From positions 41,106,001-41,170,000 of the forward strand of contig OZ024743.1 of NCBI GenBank assembly GCA_964016885.1: a stretch of 64,000 bases of DNA, read 5' to 3'. Under the pieces are notes generated by a model. It saw nothing but the letters and a program-made list of their open reading frames with translations. It was not told the origin of the DNA and ran no database searches. The translations under genes and the position numbers were made by a program. Shown here one piece after another: positions 49,907-64,000 of the stretch. Position 1 is the stretch's first letter. Every line of letters begins with the position of its first letter. The stretch is from Eledone cirrhosa. Lineage: Eukaryota.

Positions 49907-50330
49907 TGTACTATTACAAGGATTACTCTCAAATACTACCGATTTCTACCCAGTCGGCATACAGCCAATTGATAAAGCATGTTAGATTTCATGGAAACAA
50001 CTCAGGTTTCTTAAGATATGTTATTTTCTCCTATCGACCCCAGGATATTGACTGACATTGTTCAATTTGTTGGATTTGAACACCAATAATTGATTTTCTG
50101 GAATTTTTCATCATGGGAAATTGTATTTCGAAATCAGTTGGATACAATTTATTTTCCTGTTTTTGAAATATGTAATATTGATGTTTTTTTCACAATATCA
50201 GCCCTGTTTGAAGATACGTTTTAACAAAAGGAATTCCAGCTATGATTTTCCTGCCCCCTTTTTGTGGTTAAAAATAATATGTAATACTATTTCATCCCAC
50301 GGGTGTATAGATCTTTATTATGTAAATAAT

Positions 50331-50515
50331 TGTTTCTACTTTAGGCACAAGGCCAGCAATTACCCAGTGCATTACTGGTACTTTATTTTATCGACCCCGT
50401 AAGGATGAAAGGCAAAGTCAACCTCGGCGGGATTTGAACTCAGATCGTAAAGGGACATAACTATGCTGGAAAGCATGGCGTCCGACCTTCTACCGATACT
50501 GCCAATCCACCGCCC
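50331..50515 (-). mobile_element. Full-length Meta-like SINE with 15-bp target-site duplication
   Basis: TSD tattatgtaaataat at 50316-50330 and 50516-50530. Confidence 0.92.
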
Positions 50516-50994
50516 TATTATGTAAATAATAAAGCTATATTTTGCTGGTCGAGCGATACTACATAACCTCCCATCATATATTCATTTATATAATTTTATA
50601 TTGCAACTGTGAATAATAGGATAACAGTGTTGTTGGCTTCAGGTTTCCAAAAAGACAAATGACTGATTTACTGCATGTCTGAAGTGAGAAGGGATAGTAA
50701 ACCTATCAAGGCACTGGCCAAATATCACATGAGAATATTTTATTTTTATTCGAAAGAACCGGTTGTGAAAGTTTCTGTTTACACCTGTAGCACTAAAATA
50801 ACCGGTGGCGTGTGTTCCTGTTCTATAAGTTTGGTCTTTGTTCTATAAGTTTGATCAACGAAATAAGTACCAGACTTTAAACCAACTCAAAACAAACATG
50901 AACAAGACTCGATATAAACGACAAAAACATTTGAAGCAGGACTCCATTATGGCTGTTGTCCAGTGACTGATATCAAAATACACACACACACATG

Positions 50995-51035
<41 letters not shown>

Positions 51036-51789
51036 ATTTGTGTGTGTGCGTTTATGTGTATTTGTGTGTGCGTGTGTATGTGTGTGCACGCTAGTTTTGG
51101 ATATCTATAAATGTGTCTGTCTTCTTCATAAATATTCCTGTGTATTTGTTGCGGTAATATGTGACTATAAAACAAATTATTATGATCAATATATTTACTA
51201 ACCGCACCACCATTACCCTTGCCTCACTCATCATCTACTTCTTTGTTGTTGTGGTTGTTCTCCATTTGATCATATTATGAATATGATTTGATTAATAGAA
51301 CTTGTTTGTTTAGATAACTTCCTGTTATCCATCCGACAACAATATATTTACTACACACAATAGTATTATTAGTGTCGTTGTTGTTGTCTTGTGTCTTGTC
51401 ATTGATGCATCTTAAAATAACTGAAATTACCATTTTTTTGTCCGTTTCTGAATATGTCCTCATAGAAATGCAAATAACCTTTAGAATTCTTTTATATTTC
51501 CAAAGTCCATTTTGTTAGCCATGTTTTTTTCCTACTCCCAACGTGCGTGACGCGAACGTTTTTTTTTTCATATTTGTATATATATGTTTGTCATATATTC
51601 CGAACTGTTACTATTTTAAGGTAATACATTTACCACCTCTTTTATTAATGATTTCATAGCATTGTTTTATTGTAAGCTCCTTGTATGTGCGTATGTGTGG
51701 GTGTGTGTGTGTACTTTTGTTTGATAGTTATATCTTCACCATTTGCACTTAAAAAATATTTCTGCCAGCCTATTTATCTCAATAGATAG

Positions 51790-51790
<1 letters not shown>

Positions 51791-51865
<75 letters not shown>
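51791..51865. repeat. (CT)n microsatellite
   Basis: Direct reading. Confidence 0.95.
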
Positions 51866-51867
<2 letters not shown>

Positions 51868-52629
51868 GTGCGTATGTAATGATTAATATGCTATCGCTTT
51901 ATATATATTTCCCTCTCATAACCTTCCTTTCTGTATATCTATCAATATATGTATAACTATTTGTAAAATATCTCTCTTATACTTTTTGAATTATTGTTGC
52001 AATATTACTTTCTTCATTTCCTCCTCATTCTTTCTCAATATATATATATATATGAATGCGTGTATGTGCGTGTGTGTCTCTGTGTGTCTCTGCCTATGTA
52101 CGTATGTGTTCATACAAATGTTTTATATTTTTGGCAAACATTGTGTTGTCTTACTGATAATACTTCCAACATTTTATCATTTATGTTATATTATATTATA
52201 TTTACAGAAGAAAATTATCACCAACTTATCTATTGTGTAACTTCCCTATCTTGTTGACGATCTGCCATTAATAACACAGAAGCAGTCAAACAATTACAAA
52301 CATAGACATCATAAATATATATATAATACAGATTTTGTGTGTGTTTATGTCTGTAATCCTGTATCTATGCATTTATATAACCAAATTTTAGCTCACACCA
52401 AAGGTGACAGATTTTCAGTCAAAACGACTTTCAGCAGCACACATCACGATACTTCGACCTATGTTAAATCCAAATTTACCAAAGATCAGTGAACAATGAG
52501 TCCCCAGGACGTGTAATTATAACACAAAATTCACTTATTAGATAATGCCTAAGGAATGGAATAAAAAAGAGTTAGCTGATCGTCAGATCAGACAAGGATA
52601 ATGTTTCCATTGGTCTTTCCATTGCTTTC

Positions 52630-52745
52630 AGATGGAGCCTCGTGGAATAAATATTTGACTCAAGAATACAAGGTGCCAAACAGTCTCCGAATCAAGCCAA
52701 CGACTATGTGTTCGTGAGGTCAACACGTTAACCACAAGATCATAC
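52630..52745 (-). mobile_element. Old CORE-like SINE remnant
   Basis: 'tggagcctcgtggaataaatatttgactcaagaatacaa...ttaaccac' is a degenerate reverse complement of the 12.2-kb SINE. Confidence 0.5.
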
Positions 52746-53351
52746 TCCAAATGCTTTGCTCACGATGAAAGCAACAACAGAATGTTTATTAAGAGCTCAC
52801 TAATGATATAGCTGGTCCCCAGAACATCCAACTCATGAAATCGGATCTAACCTTTTCTAAATTAAGAAAAATTATAATAACTTTAGTGGGAAAGAAATGA
52901 CGATTGCATTGATCTCACTGATTGATTATTAGTGCCAGGTATTATTTTAGTATGCAATTACACTGGGTAATTGCTGGCCTTGTGCCTAACATAGAAACAA
53001 TTATTTTAATATGCAATTGATTGTGTAGTTCACAATCTCATTTTATTACAACTATTACATTCCTTTACATAATAAATAATGATAAAAAGACTTACAATAT
53101 TCATGGCATATTATAAACACCAATCAGCAATGTTTCTCAAAAACAAAATAAATATCAAAGGGACTAAACCACCTGTCTCAAACCTTTGTGACGGCTTAAA
53201 ATTACCTTACTGGTACATTATTTTATCGACCTCAGGAGGAAGACGGGTACATTTCATGTTAGCAAGATGTGAGTCATAGAGCAGCGAGCAGGGGAAAAAA
53301 ATGCTATGACATATTGTATCCGAAACACTAACGATTCTTTGGGATACGTAT

Positions 53352-53429
<78 letters not shown>

Positions 53430-54137
53430 GGGGTAACAAATAATAGTTAAATGCAGTCCACTTAGGTGAAGTCCAGTTACGGTATTCCAGGTAGTGGATG
53501 ATATTAACGCTTGGCTTGGTTTGACTCAACAAGGCGTTTTCATAGTGATGCTGCGGGTATGCTGTAATTCCTATGTTGTAAACACTTGGAGTAATAATAA
53601 ATCAGGAAAGAAGGTTTACATGGTTTGCTATACAAAAAAGTTTTTAATCACTTAGCTTACATTTGTTTCACTGAACTGGTATGTCTAGAGATCGCTATCC
53701 GCCTAATTTTGCGTTACTCGATCGCCAATACAGAATTATAACCAGTCAGATCTTCGGAGCATGCGAGAATGAAGAAAATACACAGGCAAGAAAAGAATAG
53801 AAAATACGGCTACTATATGGAGTAGTTATGGCATTCAATTAGAACAATAACAACAATTACAACAATGCTATGAATAAACTATTTAAGGAGACCCTGACAT
53901 TACTTAGGTGGGGGGTATATAATGTATCTAATGTTACGGCGTGAAAACCAGCTGTCATAAGGCAAAAAGTATCGTAGTGTGTATCAATTTTAAATTATAA
54001 AGATAAGCTAGTTTTTACAGTCTTTCTCTTCATCTTCAACAGTATACATGAGTGGGACCACTGTCAAAGCTCAATAGTTGTAGAGTTAATACAGAGGTTA
54101 ACGAATTAATATACGCATATATCTACGCACACACACA

Positions 54138-54185
<48 letters not shown>

Positions 54186-54652
54186 CACATATATACACAT
54201 GCATGTGTACATAGACACATACATACACATCAATATACACTCGTACAAAAATATACATACATGCAAAGAGAAAAGCGTGCTAATTGTAATTATGGTTAAA
54301 AGAAGGTAAAGTAACATTGTAGTAGTGAAATGAGAAAAACTAGGATCTAGGATCAAATGATTGCAGCAGCTGAGAAGGAGTAAGATTGTTGGTAGATGAG
54401 GTACTTACAGACAATTGTGTGGTATAGACTTGTGAAGGAAATAGTATACTTAATGAATATATTCCTGTGGGTAGTAGGTATCCTAATTTAAAGCTATGTT
54501 ATGTTGGTTCGATTCACGGAGGTTTGAATCTTATGAATTTAGTGGCTATTCTATGTCTGCAGAAGATAGATCTTTCTAACTTATTATTAAGTAGCCTTTT
54601 AACATTTCTAAGGATATACAATAGCTCAAGATCACACAGCCCGCAATAGGAG

Positions 54653-56289
54653 ACGTGTAACCTCATACAATTTGATATAGACGACTATTATGCATCCATA
54701 TCCCCAGCTACCCTAGATAAGGCGCTTATATTTGCCCAAAATAACTCTGATCTTACCCATGATGAAATTGAAATAATAATAGCGGCTAGAAGGACTATCG
54801 TAAAGTTTGAAAATAACTACTGGGTAAGAAAGGATAGAATAAATAGCTTCGATATTACAATGGGATCAAATGATTCTGCGCAAATTACAGATATCGTGGG
54901 GCTATTCATAGCACACAACCTACATAAGGAATTCAGTAACCTCCAAGGAGGAATTTATAGGGACGACACGTTACTTATAGCTAGGAACCTAAACAACCAG
55001 AGCATGGAAAGACTAAGGAAAAATATTAGAATATTCTTCAAAAAACTAGGCCTAAGTATTACCTACGAACTAAACCATAAGAAGGTAAATTTTCTAGATG
55101 TAACTCTAAATCTAAATACTGGATTAATAGAACCTTTCCACAAAAATAATGAAATCTTGCCTACATTAGTTACAACTCAAATCACCCCAAATCCATAATT
55201 AAATCCATAGCACGTAGTATATCCCTCCGAATATCCCGCTTATCCTCAAACCTAGAAATCTTTAACGAGCATGCTGACTATTATAATGCAGCATTAAGTA
55301 GGGCCGGTCATAAAGATAAACTACAGTATATAGTGAATAAGGACAACATAAACAATCCTAGTAATTTCTACTCCAACCGCTCACATAATAATAGGAATAG
55401 CTTGACTAGACATAGGGTTAGACATGTAACACCTAGAGTAAACGGCCAAAACACTAATAAGGTAAACCCTATAAACAATAGAAGAAACAGACAAAGAAAA
55501 TACCTATGGTTCAACCCAATATTCAACTCCTCTATAAAAACTAGACTGCCCTCTACATTCTTTAAACTAATAGATAAACACTTCCCTATCTCGCATAGAT
55601 ATCACAAAATACTCAATAGATCTACTATAAAACTCTCTTTCTCAACAGTAGCTAACATAGAATCACACATACGCAAGATCAACCACAGAAATATCTCAAG
55701 TAAATCAATTGGACCTATACATAAGCACAAACTCATCACAACATCACAACCACAAGCGCATACAATCGCGCAGCAGCAAAACCCCATTGGGCATATATCA
55801 CAACCCACTTATAACAGGGTACTAAATAGGAATGTAAAAGCTGCACAAAATAGCGCCTCAAACTGCAACTGTCACCTCCCAGATAGGTGCCCATTGGCGA
55901 ACAGATGTCTCGATTCGAGCCTGGTGTACATGTGCACTGTCATCTCGGGTAACTCCGCCTGGAATTACATAGGATCCACCGCGGGTTCTTTTAAGAAAAG
56001 ATGGTATGTGCACAGGCACTCAATGAAAAACCGTGCACTTATGGGTTCCACCACCCTCGCCAGAAAAATATGGGAATTGAAGGACAGCAACACTAACTAC
56101 ACTATCAACTGGTCGAAGTTGTCGGCTGCTAAAACCTATAGTACAGGGATGTCCTATTGCGGGCTGTGTGATCTTGAGCTATTGTATATCCTTAGAAATG
56201 TTAAAAGGCTACTTAATAATAAGTTAGAAAGATCTATCTTCTGCAGACATAGAATAGCCACTAAATTCATAAGATTCAAACCTCCGTGA
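54653..56289 (+). CDS. Naiad-type RT (5'-truncated) + GIY-YIG ORF with one 1-nt frameshift near 55152
   Basis: QFDIDDYYASI, FDITMGSNDSAQITDIVGL, GIYRDD, VNFLDV, then SNHP, LWFNP, CNC..CPL..C, LVY..YIG, CGLC, CRH. Confidence 0.9.
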
Positions 56290-56617
56290 ATCGAACCAAC
56301 ATAACATAGCTTTAAATTAGGATACCTACTACCCACAGAAATATATTCATTAAGTATACTATTTCCTTCACAAGTCTATACCACACAATTGTCTGTAAGT
56401 ACCTCATCTACCAACAATCTTACTCCTTCTCAGCTGCTGCAATCATTTGATCCTAGATCCTAGTTTTTCTCATTTCACTACTACAATGTTACTTTACCTT
56501 CTTTTTGCCATAATTACAATTAGCACGCTTTTCTCTTTGCATGTATGTATATTTTTGTACGAGTGTATATTGATGTGTATGTATGTGTCTATGTACACAT
56601 GCATGTGTATATATGTG

Positions 56618-56650
<33 letters not shown>

Positions 56651-57045
56651 ATGTGTATGTGTGTGTGTGTGTGTGTGTGCGTAGATATATGCGTATATTA
56701 ATTCGTTAACCTCTGTATTAACTCTACAACTATTGAGCTTTGACAGTGGTCCCACTCATGTATACTGTTGAAGATGAAGAGAAAGACTGTAAAAACTAGC
56801 TTATCTTTATAATTTAAAATTGATACACACTACGATACTTTTTGCCTTATGACAGCTGGTTTTCCCGCCGTAACATTAGATACATTATATACCCCCACCT
56901 AAGTAATGTCAGGGTCTCCTTAAATAGTTTATTGATAGCATTGTTGTAATTGTTGTTATTGTTCTAATTGAATGCCATAACTACTCCATATAGTAGCCGT
57001 ATTTTCTATTCTTTTCTTGCCTGTGTATTTTCTTTATTCTCGCAT

Positions 57046-57151
57046 GCTCCGAAGATCTGACTGGTTATAATTCTGTATTGGCGATCGAGTAACGCAAAAT
57101 TAAGCGGATAGCGATCTCTAGACATACCAGTTCAGTGAAACAAATGTAAGC
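57046..57151 (+). ncRNA. Type I hammerhead-like motif, CCGAAGA core, large stem II insertion (mirror 53655-53760, minus strand)
   Basis: GCT-CCGAAGA-t-ctgactggt...accagttcag-t-GAAA-caaatg-TA-AGC. Confidence 0.65.
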
Positions 57152-57243
57152 TAAGTGATTAAAAACTTTTTTGTATAGCAAACCATGTAAACCTTCTTTC
57201 CTGATTTATATATATATATATATAAATATAAATGAAAGTATAG

Positions 57244-57297
<54 letters not shown>

Positions 57298-57380
57298 GGT
57301 GGTGAGTTTTATTGTAGTACAATAAAGCAATGCAGATATCAGATAAGAAGCACTCTACAGTTTGTAGGACTGGAGTATAC

Positions 57381-57850
<470 letters not shown>

Positions 57851-58151
57851 GAGAGAGAGAGACAAATAGAGAAACAGAGAGAGAGAGAGAGAAGAAAGAG
57901 AACGATAAAGAGCAAGAGAGACATGTTGAGAGGTTCAATGTTTCATCCTCTTACAACATATCTCTAATGTTTCAGCTTAGCGAATGATCACAAAGCTTCA
58001 TCATTGAATAATTCTCTGATGAATCATCGCGAAAGATTGTTTCACTGAAACGTCATGTCTATTTTATAAGAAAATAAATAGACCAACTCTATACTGAGAT
58101 CTTCCCCTTTTGTAGAATACTAAGTTCTCTCGATCAGAACCTAACATAGGA

Positions 58152-58197
<46 letters not shown>

Positions 58198-58942
58198 CTG
58201 TGTGTGTGTCTGTGTCTGTGTGTGCGTGTGTGTGTGTGTATGTATGTATGTGTGTGGGTATGTGTGTATGTATGCATGTGTGTGAGTATGTGTGTGTGTG
58301 TGTAAATGTTTCTCCATCTGAATATTTTACATTTTGCTGTAACTTATGTTGTAGATATTGCATCATTGCTAGCAAGTCTCCTCTTAATATTAGCGCTGTG
58401 ACGTTTGGAAGTTAAAATCACTGTTTGGAAGCAAAACACATTTGCTCACTTCCGAATGTCAGTTCTGAGATTTTATACTCCAACATCCGACAGAGTTTAT
58501 TTTAGCTTTACATACCTGATAGCTTTGTCCAGCTTGACATGGTGATGTGATAATATAGCAGACCACCACCAAACGGCCTCAAATGTAATTATATCATGAA
58601 TGTAACAAACCTCGTGCAGAAAAGCAGTAAGCGTTAGTGGTTTGGGCTGAATCTTATGCTAGCTTTTGTATTTGTTCTCGTCCCACAAGGCTTTCATTTT
58701 CTGATTAGAATTATTATTTTAGTTAACAGTAGTTTTTATCCTACTGGATTCGGTATGGTATATAGGACGGATATAATAGTACATAATTATATTATTGATA
58801 TGTATTCCAAAATGATATGTATAATACTTCCTTGTGTTAATGAATGAAATCAGTAGAAGTGTTACGTTAAAAATTGTCATTTATGAGAAATCTGAATTAT
58901 TTAGTTGTTGACTTGGAATCTACAATTCATGTTTAATAAATA

Positions 58943-59200
58943 CGTGTGGCTTAGTTCTTAGTGATCAACATACGATCGTGTGATTGAGAGTTCGATAGCC
59001 GATTGCACGTTGGGTCCTTGAATAATACATCATATTTCACGTTGTTCCAACTCCTAATTTAAACGGCCAGTCTTCTGCAATTCTGATTTACATTAAATTT
59101 TCCTGAAAGATATGTGGAGGGCTTATATGTCTCTGGAATGGTTGGCCATCTGTGCTTGAATTTCATGTAAAAGCTGTTCCGTTGATCGATTCAACTGGAA
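58943..59200 (+). mobile_element. Old CORE-like tRNA SINE
   Basis: 'gtgtggcttag...gagttcgat...gtccttgaataatacatcatatttcacgttgttcca'. Confidence 0.65.
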
Positions 59201-60269
59201 CGTGCCTAGAAAATTTAAGCACGCGAAATATCTGAGTACATACTGCTTTCTGATAGCATTATCGTAGAAAACAGCAGTAAAAATGGCTTTCGTTTTGGGT
59301 CACCGAAACATTTCCCAGATTATTGCTAACGCGATGGAGATGGTCATCGTGAAGGACGAGCTCTGCTATTCGGATTGGCTCTCTTTTCCCTGCAGTTGAT
59401 ATTTATAAAATGATTTGTCTATTTGGAATATATCGATTGTTTGGTAAATTATGTTCTTTCTAAAGAAATTTGTCATGTGGCAAAATGAAATTATGATAGA
59501 CTGGAATCTGGACAAGTTACTGGAATCACTCAAATCTTACAAACGAAATGCCCACATAAGAGGATAATACAGGTAGCGTTGTGGTGCGCAAAACAGCCGG
59601 GTGAAAGAGAATGCGTTGATGAGGATGAATATGTTGGGAGTGCTGCTGTAGATTTTACCGCTGTTTATGAAGATTATGATGGCGGTTTTATATAACGATA
59701 TTAAATGTTATTAAGGGGACGAACTGTTATCTCTTTCTTTTATTTCGTGATATACAAAAATGGGGACAAGGCGAGAAAGATAATAAAAAGTATACATATC
59801 AAGACTTTTTCATGCTAAAGCTGGGGTTAGATTCAGGAGCCTAAACAAGCCTCAAACCCGACCTGAGGACTTTTTAGAACCGAGGTTTTACATTTGATAA
59901 TCATTCATCGTACCACCAATTTTAAAAGCATCCTAAAATATGCAGAAATACGATGTAACTATTGTAAACCAAGATCAAAATTTGTTTTCAATCTTTGCAT
60001 ATTTTAGATTCAATGAGATGTTACTGTGAACTTTCCGATAATTATATTTGTCATGGTGTAACGCACTTCCTAAATGTTTCCACTACATATGTCGGACGTA
60101 ATTGTGTCTGGACGTCTTTAGTTATAACAGTGTAAGCCGATTTCCGTTTTCAACATGAGTTCTATTTTATTTCTCCATAAGTGCCACATTCTGTATATGA
60201 TGATATCTATGCAGGTTTTCTTTTATTTGTTTTTTGCAGTGTGAGTTATTAAGATGCACACGCACACAA

Positions 60270-62404
<2,135 letters not shown>

Positions 62405-62407
<3 letters not shown>

Positions 62408-62932
62408 GTAAAAGTTCTATTTAAATTGTTGGGATGAAACAAGCAAATATTTTTATAACTGATATAAAGCACTCAACAAATATTAACAAATGGAAACTAT
62501 ATTTATAAAACCATATTTATTTTATTATACATATTTCAAGGATACCAAGTTAAATTATGGTGTGTTTTCATCAGATAAAATATAATATATATCAGTTTTA
62601 TAAATAAATATTGACATACCCTGAACAAATGCAACCATTATGTATTATATATAAATGCAACCAAAATAGAAAAGTAATGGTTGCATTTTTGAAGGGTATG
62701 TCAATATTTATTTATAAAACTGATCTATATTATATTTTATCTGATGAAAGCATACCATAATTTAACTTGGTGTCCTTGAAATATGTATAATGAAATAAAT
62801 ATGGTTTCTATATAAATATAGTTTCTATTTCTTAATATCGTATGTTTACTCCAAATACTTGTTGAGTGCTTTATATCAGTTATAAAAATATTTGCTTGTT
62901 GTATCCCAACAATTTAAATAGAACTTTTGCAT
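62405..62932. mobile_element. Older fold-back element of hammerhead family H3 (ribozymes 62518-62582 minus, 62733-62797 plus)
   Basis: Arms ~62405-62640 / 62675-62932 with many substitutions; TATTTTAT-CTGATGA-aagcatacca..tggtgtcctt-GAAA-tatgta-TA-ATGAAATA. Confidence 0.85.
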
Positions 62933-62990
62933 ATATATATATATATATATACAGAAAGACAGAGAGAGGGAGAGAGTGTGTGTGTTTGTG

Positions 62991-63026
<36 letters not shown>

Positions 63027-63186
63027 GGAGAGAGAGAGAGAGAGACAGTCAGAGAGTAAGGCAGACATACTTATTGGAAGTGACATGATAAAATTCATTC
63101 ATGCTTCACTAATGTAGTATATGCTCGGACTTAGTAACTATTTGGTATAATCTGACAAAATTATTATACACACACGCACTCACACA

Positions 63187-63418
<232 letters not shown>

Positions 63419-63514
63419 TTGCGCTAGCAGCCGAATAGTATGATAAGTCATATCTTTATGAATATAAATCGAGTAACCGAGATTGCATCAACGAGTTTAA
63501 ATATATTCATTTTC

Positions 63515-63800
63515 TTCTTCACCCATTTATTCCTGAGATGGTCGTGGGACAGAGTCCTCTTACGCCCCTTCCAGTTGGTCCTATCAATAGCAACCATCTC
63601 CAAATGATTGGCTGGATCCCCAAGCGGGACCAGCCAAGCTCATGGATGTTTTCCAACCCATGGTTCTCCTGCCGATTGTTTTGCCCGTAACATCTGTCCA
63701 GCGATTATTTCTTGAGACATTTTATTCACATTCCTATGCTCATAATATAGGAGCTCTGATCTCTCAATTAGGAGTAGTAGACTTAATATAGAGGCATGTA
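63515..63800 (-). mobile_element. Heavily decayed RTE-like LINE 3' fragment
   Basis: Reverse strand 'cgctggacagatgttacgg' resembles the AGH(V/I)xR motif region; very degenerate. Confidence 0.3.
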
Positions 63801-64000
63801 AGCATGCCAGAAAATAAGAATTTCCCTGTAAAGTGAAAACAATGATAGGAATCTTTAATCGGTTTTGAATCTAATTGGACCGTCTTCAGAAGAGATGTAT
63901 ATCATCCGATCAACCACAAGGAAACATGTATTTGATGGGTATTTATACTTGTTATTATTGTGAAATGGACGAACTAATTTTGCATAGAATTAGCAGTCAT

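Larger units (their letters stand above)
53429..57209 (+). mobile_element. Naiad-type PLE: inverted 3' duplicate (53597-54651) joined to a 5'-truncated sense copy (54652-57209)
   Basis: 53597-54651 is the reverse complement of 56152-57209 with few differences; TA on both sides. Confidence 0.93.

Noticed and set aside
49537-49932. Poly-Leu/poly-Thr membrane-protein-like ORF
   Set aside because: Translation of the (AGT)n microsatellite.
57960-58060. Two head-to-head tgatga...gaaac motifs
   Set aside because: Stems are too degenerate to call; possibly an old fold-back relic.

Overview
This window is AT-rich eukaryotic intergenic or intronic DNA. The SINE motifs and the very long (TA)n tracts resemble an octopus/cephalopod genome, but that is an inference. 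No host protein-coding gene is supported, and nearly all 'YIYI' ORFs are translation artefacts of (TA)n. The unique-sequence islands between the TA tracts are mostly Penelope-like elements (PLEs). One is a near full-length but decayed RT + GIY-YIG element (41.9-45.7 kb) with two 5'-truncated copies and an internally deleted sister. Two are Naiad-type PLEs (6.1-7.6 kb; 53.4-57.2 kb, the latter with a ~1.05 kb inverted terminal duplication). The window also holds tRNA-derived SINEs (CORE-like and Meta-like), LINE fragments and a decayed Helitron. Three patterns stand out. (1) At least 8 sequence families carry type-I hammerhead ribozyme motifs, including U3-A8 covariant and U4C cores. (2) About a dozen fold-back (palindromic) mini-insertions sit in (TA)n, most with element 3' ends facing outward and some folding at pre-existing micro-palindromes. 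(3) A non-coding ~236-bp, tandem, rod-folding repeat family shows the same insertion architecture but has no recognisable ribozyme. All structures were read by eye and coordinates are approximate to a few bases.
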